Source: a virus (taxonomy: Duplodnaviria; Caudoviricetes). From it: DNA of 64,000 nucleotides. Below, piece after piece: positions 29,995 through 39,634 of this stretch. The stretch lies in IMG/VR virus record IMGVR_UViG_3300013368_000005, positions 32,001-96,000 of that record. The stretch is one strand, 5' to 3'. Within the stretch, counting starts at the first letter, position 1. Each line of letters opens with the position of its first letter. Position numbers and translations under genes: made by a program. The notes beneath the pieces are model-generated. The model did not search any database and was not told the DNA's origin. It was given only the letters and a program-made list of their open reading frames with translations.

Positions 29995-31101
29995 ATGAAA
30001 AAAATTAAAAATCAAATAATGAAAATACTAAACAATTCAGAAGTAGAAGGTGCTAATTCTATAGAATATGGTACATGCAACAATGAGTTAATATGGTTTA
30101 AAGCATTAGATAGTAAAGGAAGACTATTACTAATTAATGATAATGAAAAAACTGAACAAGTAATTATATATTGCGATGAGATAAATATGGTTATAGTTAA
30201 AAACTTAGTAACAGGTCTCATAACGTCTACTGTATATAATAAACTTAATCTTAAAACATCTACATCTATTGATATTATATCGAATGATGAAGATGTTCGT
30301 AGTATGTTAAAAGATAAGAATGCGGTATCACGTACTAGCTATAAATATAATAGAAATAGAAAAGTTAAATGGTCACAACAAATTTCAAGTTTTAATACAA
30401 TTACAACTAAATATATTTATGAAGGTAATAAATTAGTAAAAGAAATTGAAGAAACCGAATATAAATTAGAAAAAGAAATTTGTAAAAATACTATTAAAGT
30501 AAGAATATTAGAATATTTTGAAGGTTCAGACATTCCAAAAAGAGATTATACTATGGTAAATGACAAAATAAAATCAGAGATTGTATACAATGAGAAAGGT
30601 GAAATTCTACATTCTTTAGATAACTATTGTATACAACATGATTATTTATATGAAAATAATTTATTATCTAATCTTATAGTATCAAATAAAGAAACAGGAA
30701 AAGTATTACAGGTATGTGATTATGAATACAATAAAAATGGTAATCAAATATGTGTGAACACATATGCTGATGGAAGTAACTATTGTAATTATTATGAATA
30801 TGATGATCAAAATAGACGTACTAAAATTATATCATATGCAGAAGGTGAATTAACCTCTGCTATGTATTATGAATATTATATTATTAATGGTAATAATATA
30901 ATTAAACAAACTGAAAGAACTAAAGGGTTCATAAGTGTAACCATATCCGCTAATAATAAATATCTTAGCCAGTTAACGCATTTCTTCGATACTATAAACC
31001 CTTCAATGGTATTTACTAGTTATGATGAAGACGGACGAGAAATACAAAGAATAGAAGATGGTAAAATTGAGATACTAGAATATAATACTATAAAACTATA
31101 A
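29995..31101 (+). CDS. YD/RHS-like repeat protein
   Basis: YNEKGEIL, YEYNKNGNQ, YEYDDQNRR, SYDEDGRE. Confidence 0.7.
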   Translation: MKKIKNQIMKILNNSEVEGANSIEYGTCNNELIWFKALDSKGRLLLINDNEKTEQVIIYCDEINMVIVKNLVTGLITSTVYNKLNLKTSTSIDIISNDEDVRSMLKDKNAVSRTSYKYNRNRKVKWSQQISSFNTITTKYIYEGNKLVKEIEETEYKLEKEICKNTIKVRILEYFEGSDIPKRDYTMVNDKIKSEIVYNEKGEILHSLDNYCIQHDYLYENNLLSNLIVSNKETGKVLQVCDYEYNKNGNQICVNTYADGSNYCNYYEYDDQNRRTKIISYAEGELTSAMYYEYYIINGNNIIKQTERTKGFISVTISANNKYLSQLTHFFDTINPSMVFTSYDEDGREIQRIEDGKIEILEYNTIKL

Positions 31102-31142
31102 TTAAAAGGAGATAAAAATAATTAAGTATAGGGGATTAATTT

Positions 31143-31682
31143 ATGAAAGTAAATGTTATTTTGGCAAAATGTAAAGATAATTCAGTAGAATGTGTTGCAA
31201 TATTAGCAACAAATGTAGAGATTGAGAAATATATTTCTCATAATGATGATAAATATGTATATTTATGGTTAGAGAGAGATATAGAAGTCGCAATGGCAAA
31301 TATATGTCCTGATATTATTACAGAACTAGACATATATTTAGCATATAATCATAATTGTGAATATCATATATTAGGTATAACTCCTAAAGGTGCGTTAAAA
31401 ATGCATTATTTTTATGGTAAAGCATTGGATGAGTCATTTGTAGTTACGGTACAAACGCTTACAATTAATACTGTTCAGAAAGTAGAATTACCAATAATAT
31501 GCCCTAATTGTTATAATAAAGTAGACATTATAACAAAATCAGAACACGATAATTATATATGTGAATTTATATCATGTAGTAAATGTAATACACATGGTGT
31601 TAGTTTATATAATAATAAACAGGAACAAAATAGAGGCAAAATTCATTGGCTGTTAGATAAATCAGAATTAACTAGATTATAA
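31143..31682 (+). CDS. Hypothetical protein with a C-terminal zinc ribbon
   Basis: CPNC...CSKC. Confidence 0.65.
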   Translation: MKVNVILAKCKDNSVECVAILATNVEIEKYISHNDDKYVYLWLERDIEVAMANICPDIITELDIYLAYNHNCEYHILGITPKGALKMHYFYGKALDESFVVTVQTLTINTVQKVELPIICPNCYNKVDIITKSEHDNYICEFISCSKCNTHGVSLYNNKQEQNRGKIHWLLDKSELTRL

Positions 31683-31751
31683 ATATAATTTTACAATAAA
31701 GGGTAGTTAACACCCTTTATTTTTTTTTGTAAAAGTATTATTTTTTAGGTA

Positions 31752-31822
31752 TATATTATAAATATGTATAGAAGTTGATAGTAATCTTTTATATAAATAA
31801 AATATAAAACTATCAGAAGGAG
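31752..31822 (+). promoter_or_regulatory. Early promoter plus conserved leader hairpin, copy C
   Basis: TATATTAT...GAAGTTGATAGTAATCTTTTATATA...AAAACTATCAGAAGGAG. Confidence 0.65.
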
Positions 31823-31828
31823 ATAATT

Positions 31829-32257
31829 ATGAAAAAATATACTAAACAACAAATCTTAAATATTCTCAAATATGAATTAAGTAAGACAGAGTTAGAAAAA
31901 CTATGTAACAGTTTAGAAGAAGGATACTATACTTTCGATAAAACTTCAGATATACATATGTTTAAGGAAAGATATGTATATATAAAAGATATTTATCATG
32001 ATAATAAAGACGATATCGAATTAATTGTAGAATCTAAGGAATTATTGAATATAGGTTATTCTAAGGCAGGATTCATTAATAGATATGAAACAAATTATGA
32101 AAATTACAATTTTAATAAGTGCGATTTTTTAAGAAAAGAAACAATTATTCAATCTGAAAATAAGAAGCATGTATTATTAAATAAGGTTTGTAATAAAATA
32201 AATGGAATGATTAGTAATGTATATGAATTAGTTTTCTATGTTCCTACAAATTATTAA
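31829..32257 (+). CDS. Hypothetical early protein
   Basis: AAGGAG RBS. Confidence 0.65.
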   Translation: MKKYTKQQILNILKYELSKTELEKLCNSLEEGYYTFDKTSDIHMFKERYVYIKDIYHDNKDDIELIVESKELLNIGYSKAGFINRYETNYENYNFNKCDFLRKETIIQSENKKHVLLNKVCNKINGMISNVYELVFYVPTNY

Positions 32258-32271
32258 ACAAAAGAGGAGGT

Positions 32272-32862
32272 ATGAATATGCGAGAATTACTAATCACTAT
32301 TACTGAAAATGAAAGTAGTGGAGAAAATATAAATATTAATACGGAATTGGAATTTTCAGCAAATATAAGAAGGAGATATGAAGATATGAAGAACAATTGT
32401 AAAAGATTTGAAGAAAATTTAGGTTCTATATATGAAGATATGAAATGTATGCTATGTGATAAACAAAGTCAATGCGATATTAAATATAGAGAAGCTTTAC
32501 TCGAAAAAAGAAATAATGAGGCTTGTAGACCTTGTACAAAATGCAGAGAATTACTTCAATGTAAAAAATATAAATATGGAAAAAGATGTATAGGTCAATA
32601 TGAACTATCCCATGAATATAATGAGTGTGCACGTTGTAATTGTAGATTTAACTGTATACAGTGGTCAGGCGAACAAGTATCATTTAAATGTATCAAAGAT
32701 TTAATAGCAGTTAGAGATGGACAAGAATATAGATTCTTTAAAAATAAAGATTACACTTTTATCAAAATATGTAATACCTTGATTTATGAATATACTATAA
32801 TTACAATAAATCAAAATAATTTAAAAGAATATCTAATTCCTATATCACAAGATTTAATATAG
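32272..32862 (+). CDS. Cys-rich hypothetical protein
   Basis: Three CxxC-x4-C-like clusters (CMLCDKQSQC, CTKCRELLQC, CARCNCRFNC). Confidence 0.65.
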   Translation: MNMRELLITITENESSGENININTELEFSANIRRRYEDMKNNCKRFEENLGSIYEDMKCMLCDKQSQCDIKYREALLEKRNNEACRPCTKCRELLQCKKYKYGKRCIGQYELSHEYNECARCNCRFNCIQWSGEQVSFKCIKDLIAVRDGQEYRFFKNKDYTFIKICNTLIYEYTIITINQNNLKEYLIPISQDLI

Positions 32863-32888
32863 GTACAATAAAGAAAGAGGTATTTATT

Positions 32889-33443
32889 ATGGCACATAAT
32901 TTAAATAATAGCATTATAATTTCTGAAGATTCAAAATTTGATAGAGGATTTATTCCAAACGATAAATTATTATTTGCAAAATGCCCTGATTGTGGTTATT
33001 TACAACAATTTGAATTAGGTCAAGGAACAATATTTAAAGATAACATATGTCCTAGTTGTAATAGTGGGGATTGTGACTATTATACAGAAGAAATATTTGA
33101 AAATACTACAGTATATTTTGTATACTCTGATTATAAGTATAAAATTAGCGAATTTACTGATATGAATAGTGATATTAAATTGACAAAAGATGTTTCAAAA
33201 TATTTAGGGGAAACATATTTTGATGCACCATGGAAACTTAATGATGATAAATTATATGATGTAGATTATTTTATAAAATTTAAATTATCATCTGATGAAT
33301 GTATTCTTATCAATAAAGAAGATACAGATATATTACTATACTTTAAATATAAAAACACTAATTTAAATAATATATATTATATTGATAAACATAATAAAAT
33401 TTGCAAATTATCTAAGATAGATGTCAGTATATCTATATCATAA
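32889..33443 (+). CDS. Zinc-ribbon protein
   Basis: CPDCG...CPSCNS. Confidence 0.65.
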   Translation: MAHNLNNSIIISEDSKFDRGFIPNDKLLFAKCPDCGYLQQFELGQGTIFKDNICPSCNSGDCDYYTEEIFENTTVYFVYSDYKYKISEFTDMNSDIKLTKDVSKYLGETYFDAPWKLNDDKLYDVDYFIKFKLSSDECILINKEDTDILLYFKYKNTNLNNIYYIDKHNKICKLSKIDVSISIS

Positions 33444-33498
33444 TATAAAAATTTAAGATATATAGACCCAAAATAAAAAAAATAAAGGGGGAAATACA

Positions 33499-33825
33499 TT
33501 GTTATCAGGTAATGTAATATTAGATAAAATATATAAAGAAGCAAAAGGATTCAATGGTGCTGGAGGGTTTACAAATATTCCATCATTCGAACAATTCGAA
33601 GAAGAATTATCTGAATTTATTAAGGAATGTAAATTACCTAGACATTTAGAAGAAATAATTAATATGTCCTATACTAAACAGTATAGGACAATTAAAGATG
33701 TAATAAATGAATATAACAAAATATCATATCCTCGAGCGATGGATATACTTCGTGTTACTGGATGGACATATTATACGTATAAATCTGAGGATAATAAATT
33801 TAATGTATTAAAAGGAGAGGTATAA
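33499..33825 (+). CDS. Hypothetical protein
   Basis: GGGGG RBS with TTG start. Confidence 0.6.
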   Translation: MLSGNVILDKIYKEAKGFNGAGGFTNIPSFEQFEEELSEFIKECKLPRHLEEIINMSYTKQYRTIKDVINEYNKISYPRAMDILRVTGWTYYTYKSEDNKFNVLKGEV

Positions 33826-33828
33826 ATA

Positions 33829-34209
33829 ATGGAAAAGAAATATACAATAAGTACAGAATATATATTTAAAGTAGATATGGGTTATGAAGAAAATGATACT
33901 ATGCAATTTATGATATCGGTTACTGAAAAGAACAAGGTTCTATTTATAATTTATATAAGTTATCCTAATATAAAACTTGAACCTTTTAATTATGATGCTT
34001 ATTATAAATATATAGCTGAATATAATTTACGAATTCATATGTATAATCATATGATATTAGAATTTGAAGACTGTACTATTTTTAAAGATATATTTAATGA
34101 TGTAGAAAATATGTGTAAAGAATTACATGAATTATCTGAAGATTATATTAATCAAAACAACTTAAATTTTAAGAATTATATTTTTAAGGAGATTAAAAAT
34201 GAAGAATAA
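33829..34209 (+). CDS. Hypothetical protein
   Basis: GGAGAGG RBS. Confidence 0.6.
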   Translation: MEKKYTISTEYIFKVDMGYEENDTMQFMISVTEKNKVLFIIYISYPNIKLEPFNYDAYYKYIAEYNLRIHMYNHMILEFEDCTIFKDIFNDVENMCKELHELSEDYINQNNLNFKNYIFKEIKNEE

Positions 34210-34606
34210 TTTAATAGTACAACAAATACTAATTATCAATGAAATAGATAATTCTGGATATCAAGAAGTTAGAAATCCAATGAACAATTATGCTTTATCA
34301 TATGTAAAACATGATTGTTCAAAAGAAGATATAGAGTTTATGTTGAGCAATATACCTCTAAATGATTCATATATTTATATTATAAATAAGAATAAAAATA
34401 AAATTAAATTTGATGCATCTGATGATGCTATCACTAGAATATATGAATTTATGAATAATAATATTAATATTGAAAAACCTAAAGAAATACATTTACAATC
34501 TACACGGTTAGAGTTAATAGATTGTGATAATATTATATTTATAAATTATCATGGATTTAAAAATAATAATATAAGAACCAACTTAAATTTTAAGAATTAT
34601 ATTTTT
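34158..34606 (+). repeat. Exact 28-bp direct repeat (34158-34185 and 34579-34606)
   Basis: CAACTTAAATTTTAAGAATTATATTTTT occurs in both adjacent ORFs, each time encoding NLNFKNYIF. Confidence 0.8.
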
Positions 34607-34738
34607 GATGGAAGTTTTGATTTTGATGGTGATTATAATGGATTAAATATATCAGATATTATCAAATCTGCAAGTAAAATTACAAAAAAATTAGTTCCTA
34701 AAGATACATTGTATATTGAACGAGGTAAACTAAAATAG
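34199..34738 (+). CDS. Hypothetical protein
   Basis: AAGGAG RBS. Confidence 0.6.
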   Translation: MKNNLIVQQILIINEIDNSGYQEVRNPMNNYALSYVKHDCSKEDIEFMLSNIPLNDSYIYIINKNKNKIKFDASDDAITRIYEFMNNNINIEKPKEIHLQSTRLELIDCDNIIFINYHGFKNNNIRTNLNFKNYIFDGSFDFDGDYNGLNISDIIKSASKITKKLVPKDTLYIERGKLK

Positions 34739-34849
34739 TATGCTTCTATATATAGAGTAAAAAGGGAGTTTAAAACTCCCTTTTTTATTTTTTACTAATA
34801 TTCCCACATTAAAATAATAATTATTTTATAATAAGGGGGAATATGGGAT

Positions 34850-35170
34850 ATGTCAAATATAAATTATTTTGAAGTAGATAAATTAGAAACAAATCCATAC
34901 TTTAGAGAAGAAGAATTAAAAAAGCACATTAACAGGTTGGCTAAGCATTTTAAAGGGAATTATTATTTAATTATTGGGATTGCTACTCATACAGAAACAG
35001 AAGAAAAAATGGTAATCTATAAAGCTTTATATGGAGAATGCAAAATGTATACAAGACCAATGAAAATGTTTTTAGAAAAATGTACTAAAGAACAACGTGA
35101 ATTATATGGACAAGAATATAGATTTGAATTTGTTAATTTAAGAGGAGTAACAAAATACGATAAAGAATGA
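34850..35170 (+). CDS. DUF1653 domain protein
   Basis: KHFKGNYY...ATHTETEEKMVIYKALYG...YTRPMKMFLE...QEYRFE. Confidence 0.88.
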   Translation: MSNINYFEVDKLETNPYFREEELKKHINRLAKHFKGNYYLIIGIATHTETEEKMVIYKALYGECKMYTRPMKMFLEKCTKEQRELYGQEYRFEFVNLRGVTKYDKE

Positions 35171-35236
35171 TTATAAATATGAGAGTATTATATAATACTC
35201 TCATATACATATTGTAAAAGTATATATAATGAATTA

Positions 35237-35307
35237 TATATTATAATAATGTATAAAAAGTTTGTAAGTATCTTTATATATTTAAATTTTTAAACTTACA
35301 GAAGGAG
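35237..35307 (+). promoter_or_regulatory. Early promoter plus conserved leader hairpin, copy D
   Basis: TATATTAT...AAAAGTTTGTAAGTATCTTTATATA...AAACTTACAGAAGGAG. Confidence 0.65.
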
Positions 35308-35315
35308 AATTAATT

Positions 35316-35753
35316 ATGAAAAAATATATGGAAAGTATAGATGCAGATATAGTTACAGGGGGAGTGAAGGTTACAACTGTAAAATTTATACCAACTATTG
35401 ATGATGACAATATTAAAAAAGAGATCATACAAAACGAAATGGAAAAATTTAATCAATATAATTATAATAAAGAAAATAATTTAAGTATATTTTTAGAACA
35501 AAATATACTTAACAATGAATTTGCAAAATTTTTATATGAAGTAGAAGATATGGAGTTTCAATTAATTAAGAATTTAGTAAAAGAAAGAAAAAAGAGATCC
35601 ATTACACAAAAAGAAATAGCTGAAAAGACGGGTTTGTCTCAGCAGGCTATATCTAGGATAGAAAAATATGGAAATAAACCTACATTAACAATTTATTTAA
35701 AATATATGTGTGCAATAGGGATTAATATTAATAATTTGTTTGAAAGAGAATAG
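35316..35753 (+). CDS. XRE-family helix-turn-helix protein
   Basis: RKKRSITQKEIAEKTGLSQQAISRIEKYGNKPTL. Confidence 0.88.
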   Translation: MKKYMESIDADIVTGGVKVTTVKFIPTIDDDNIKKEIIQNEMEKFNQYNYNKENNLSIFLEQNILNNEFAKFLYEVEDMEFQLIKNLVKERKKRSITQKEIAEKTGLSQQAISRIEKYGNKPTLTIYLKYMCAIGININNLFERE

Positions 35754-35859
35754 TAGGCTTCTAAATTATATACAGATCGTTTTAAATTATTAGATTGCTA
35801 AAAATATATTATAGACAATAATTAAAAATAAATTATTTTATTAAGGGAGATAATTAATA

Positions 35860-36363
35860 ATGGAAAGAATATATGAAATTATTAACAGTATTCAACAATC
35901 TTTAGGAATAACACAAACATCTGAAAAGGAAATGGATAAATTTAAGTTTGATATATATTTTCATAATGATCAAACTGATGATCAGCATTGTTTAATACGA
36001 AAAGGAAATAGGAGTTATAAAAAAGAGGAATTAAATAATGTATTAAATCGTATACTAACTCATATATATGGTTCAGGAAAATGTTATTCATATAGAATTA
36101 ATAGTTTTGATAAAAGATTAGCACAAATGGGAATTTCTAAAAAAGAGCAACAAAGAGAAAGAATTAGTATTATAACTATAGCAAGTATATTTATAATAGC
36201 TAGGGGATATCTAACACCTGAAAATGATTTATGTTCCACAATGTCATATTTAACTTATTGGTTAGATAGCACTAATATGCAACAATCTCTAAATGAAGAA
36301 AGTTCATTTTCTAAATGTGAAAAACCATGGGGTAAATATTATGGAAAAGGAAAGAATGTATGA
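35860..36363 (+). CDS. Hypothetical protein, tandem paralog 1
   Basis: ERIYEIINSI...IITIASIFIIARG...LTYWLD. Confidence 0.7.
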   Translation: MERIYEIINSIQQSLGITQTSEKEMDKFKFDIYFHNDQTDDQHCLIRKGNRSYKKEELNNVLNRILTHIYGSGKCYSYRINSFDKRLAQMGISKKEQQRERISIITIASIFIIARGYLTPENDLCSTMSYLTYWLDSTNMQQSLNEESSFSKCEKPWGKYYGKGKNV

Positions 36364-36796
36364 AATTGTAAATATTGTTGAAGAATCGATGGGTTTAAGA
36401 AAATCTCCAATTGAACGATTGGAAAAATCCCATATATGTAATTATTTTGACGGTATAGACAGAAATACTATGAGTATTATAATTCACGAAATAGATTCTG
36501 AATGTGAAAGGTTCATATATGATATCTTAGATAAAGTAGCTAAATACATTTATCCAGATGCAGTAATAAATTTATGTAGAAGGAAAATATTAGAGGAAAA
36601 GTTAAAAACGTTAAAAATAGATGATGATAATGTTACAGTAATAACGATAGCATCTATTTTAATATATTCACGTGGAATAAATATTAATAATGAAACATTA
36701 TATAGTGGTATATATACATTAGTAGCTCTTGTTGTTTCTATATTAAGTTTTTGGTTGGACAATGGTGAAAAAATGCCATTTGTAACAGATAAATAA
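36293..36796 (+). CDS. Hypothetical protein, tandem paralog 2; real start probably near 36341
   Basis: ERMYEIVNIV...VITIASILIYSRG...LSFWLD. Confidence 0.65.
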   Translation: MKKVHFLNVKNHGVNIMEKERMYEIVNIVEESMGLRKSPIERLEKSHICNYFDGIDRNTMSIIIHEIDSECERFIYDILDKVAKYIYPDAVINLCRRKILEEKLKTLKIDDDNVTVITIASILIYSRGININNETLYSGIYTLVALVVSILSFWLDNGEKMPFVTDK

Positions 36797-36867
36797 TAAC
36801 AAATAAAGAGAGCCAGCTCTCTTTATTTTTTTTTCTATAATATAATTTAAAATTATATATTATACAT

Positions 36868-37314
36868 ATGAATAAAAATAAGGGGGATTATATTATTATG
36901 AATAATATTTTACAAGATAAAGGATTATTACCAATACCAGAAACTATACACATTAATTATTCTATTTTATTAAATGAAATAGGGAAATGCGTATTTGAAG
37001 ATGCGGATAAAATAAAAAATAAAAGTATAGAAACATACGAGGCATTTTATAAATCGCATTATGAAAAAATACTTCATACAAGATTTGAATTAGAAAAACA
37101 AATTAAAGAGATAAAACCAGTAAGACCTTTTGAATGTATGTGTATGATGTATAATATTATATCAGAAGATTTACAAGAATATATTATAAATAAATTTCCA
37201 AAGGATATATTAGATGAAGATTTTTATCGTATAATAAATAATAGACAACAGGCTTATTATTTCTTTATAGATTCTATAAAATCTATGTGGAAATTAAAAG
37301 AGAAAGAATTATAA
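36868..37314 (+). CDS. Hypothetical protein; probable start at 36898
   Basis: Early promoter at 36856-36863; GGGGG RBS. Confidence 0.65.
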   Translation: MNKNKGDYIIMNNILQDKGLLPIPETIHINYSILLNEIGKCVFEDADKIKNKSIETYEAFYKSHYEKILHTRFELEKQIKEIKPVRPFECMCMMYNIISEDLQEYIINKFPKDILDEDFYRIINNRQQAYYFFIDSIKSMWKLKEKEL

Positions 37315-37435
37315 ATGATTAAATTTACGTAGTATAATATATAGAGAAAATATTGACCAAAAAGAATTATCTCAAAAAACAGGTATAAGACCAGGTACAA
37401 TATCTTCTTATTATAATAATAATTATAAGAACTGA
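37315..37435 (+). pseudogene. Frameshifted and truncated XRE/Cro-type HTH gene
   Basis: ATG at 37315 is out of frame with NLRSIIYRENIDQKELSQKTGIRPGTISSYYNNNYKN*, a typical HTH_XRE stretch. Confidence 0.6.
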
Positions 37436-37636
37436 TTATGATATATAAAGGATATATTATCTTCTACGCATAATAAGAAATATTTAGAATTTTGTGGAGA
37501 TGAAAATAGTAAAATACTAATACACAAAGATTCTATTGATGTTACAATTAAGGATAATAAAAGGAAATAATTCATTTCCTTTTATTTTTTTACTTGTCCA
37601 TTAACAAAAAAGTAAGTTAATAAAAGGGGTGTTAAT

Positions 37637-39184
37637 ATGATAAAGACATTAATAAAGAAAGAAAAAAATGAAAATGGAGGTGAAACATTATTTTATAATG
37701 ACGGCATGATAGAAAAAGACAAAAGTGGTAATATGACCCATGAAATTAAAATACAAAAGGAGAAAAAGGAAATTCTTCCTAATAGTGGTATATTTTTAGA
37801 ATTAGAAACTGTTATTGAAAAATGGTGGAAATATGATCAAGATAACAGACTGATTTATTATAATAGGAATAATGAATACAATGAATATAGGCAATATTTG
37901 AATGATAATGATACACAATATATTACCAAAAAAGAGAATATAAGAGAACAAACCTTAGAAATAATAAATGAAAAAAATCAATGCATCCAAAGAGAAAAAG
38001 ATGGAAAACAACATTTTTATTCTTATAATAGTAATGGAAGAATAGTAGAATATAGTACTTATAATAGCACACGCCTGGGAGCAAGAGAATTAGTTAATAT
38101 GATCAAATTAGATAATAATGGTAATATTACTTATGCATTTTATACACGTATAGTAGAGCCTACTAAATACATTAACGCATATACAGTGGAGGAAAAGGTT
38201 TATGAATGGTATAAATATGATGAAAAAAATAGAAATATTGAATATAAAACAAAGATTGAATCTTCTAATCTAGAATCAGAGAGAATATATCTAGAAGAAT
38301 ATTCTTATTATGATGATAGCAATAAAATTAGAACTGCAAAGCGTTATATTATCTTTATAAATTCTAATTTTTGTGAAAATAAACAACTTATAGAAATTGT
38401 AGATTATGATTTATATCAAAATATAATATCTAAAAAAAGTAATAATCGTATAACAACAGTTTTCGAATATTATGCAGATGATAAAAATAAATTAAAATTT
38501 AGAACCGTAACAATAGATGATAAATATAATAAAGAAACTAATACGAAATTATTAAAATATGATGAATATGATAGATTAATATATAAAGAAACAACCGAGA
38601 GTATTGAATCTTTTGAATATGAAAAAGATAAATTTGCACTCCGCCACAAAAAAATCATGTCTTTAAATGGCACAGGTCATCTAGATGAGTATTATGATGA
38701 AGAAGGAAGAATAATAAAAGAAATAAACAAAGCTTATATTATTGAATATGAATATAAAGATATAGATAATCCTAATTGCATTACTTTAAAAAAATATAAT
38801 AATATAAAAGAAAGATTTAAATATAGTAATAAAATATGTGTTTATCATACTATTCAAAAAGGAAGGAAGATAGTATATAAAGAAACATGGGCTTATGATA
38901 ACAATAATAGATTATTAAAGTATGAAAACTCAAATGGCGACTTTAAAGTATATAGATATGATCATAAAAATAGAAAAGTTTATGAGTCAGAAAATATACC
39001 TCATAAATATCGTATAACTATATATAACGATGGGAATAAACCAGAGGAGTATTATGAAAAAGATGAATATGGTTTAGTTAAGCATTATATTGGGTACAAA
39101 GAAGACTTCTCTAAATCCATTTATCAAATGAATGAAATATTTAACCAATTAGAAGAATCGTATTTAAAGAAAAGTTTAAAATAA
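37637..39184 (+). CDS. YD/RHS-like repeat protein
   Basis: Many KYDxxNRxI / YDEEGRII repeats; AACA-N6-TA upstream. Confidence 0.75.
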   Translation: MIKTLIKKEKNENGGETLFYNDGMIEKDKSGNMTHEIKIQKEKKEILPNSGIFLELETVIEKWWKYDQDNRLIYYNRNNEYNEYRQYLNDNDTQYITKKENIREQTLEIINEKNQCIQREKDGKQHFYSYNSNGRIVEYSTYNSTRLGARELVNMIKLDNNGNITYAFYTRIVEPTKYINAYTVEEKVYEWYKYDEKNRNIEYKTKIESSNLESERIYLEEYSYYDDSNKIRTAKRYIIFINSNFCENKQLIEIVDYDLYQNIISKKSNNRITTVFEYYADDKNKLKFRTVTIDDKYNKETNTKLLKYDEYDRLIYKETTESIESFEYEKDKFALRHKKIMSLNGTGHLDEYYDEEGRIIKEINKAYIIEYEYKDIDNPNCITLKKYNNIKERFKYSNKICVYHTIQKGRKIVYKETWAYDNNNRLLKYENSNGDFKVYRYDHKNRKVYESENIPHKYRITIYNDGNKPEEYYEKDEYGLVKHYIGYKEDFSKSIYQMNEIFNQLEESYLKKSLK

Positions 39185-39289
39185 AAAAGAGAGCTTGTTG
39201 CTCTCTTTTTATTTTTCATATAACTTCTATATAATAATAATAATAGTTATATATTATAATCTTGAATATTTATATAGGGGGATATAATT

Positions 39290-39505
39290 ATGGATAGAAA
39301 AACTTTTGGAAATATTGAAGAATTGTATGGATGTGGTTATTGGAATGTATGCTCAGAACATAGCTGTCCATGTGGACCTTCCGCTAGAGTAACTAGAGGA
39401 TATGATGGACGAACTTATAATGCAATGAGAGTTTCATTTGAAAAAGAAAAACAAGAACAGAATAGACTTTATAACAGTTATGAATTTGAAGAATGTGATT
39501 ATTAA
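39290..39505 (+). CDS. Small Cys-rich early protein
   Basis: Has its own early promoter (39250-39257), RBS and terminator. Confidence 0.65.
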   Translation: MDRKTFGNIEELYGCGYWNVCSEHSCPCGPSARVTRGYDGRTYNAMRVSFEKEKQEQNRLYNSYEFEECDY

Positions 39506-39634
39506 AATAACAAGGAGTTTGTGCTCCTTGTTATTTTTTATATGTTCCTTAACAAATAAGTAATGTACATACGTAATTACAGTTATATATTATAATATTG
39601 TAATATAATGTAAAATCGAAGGGAGATTTGATTA

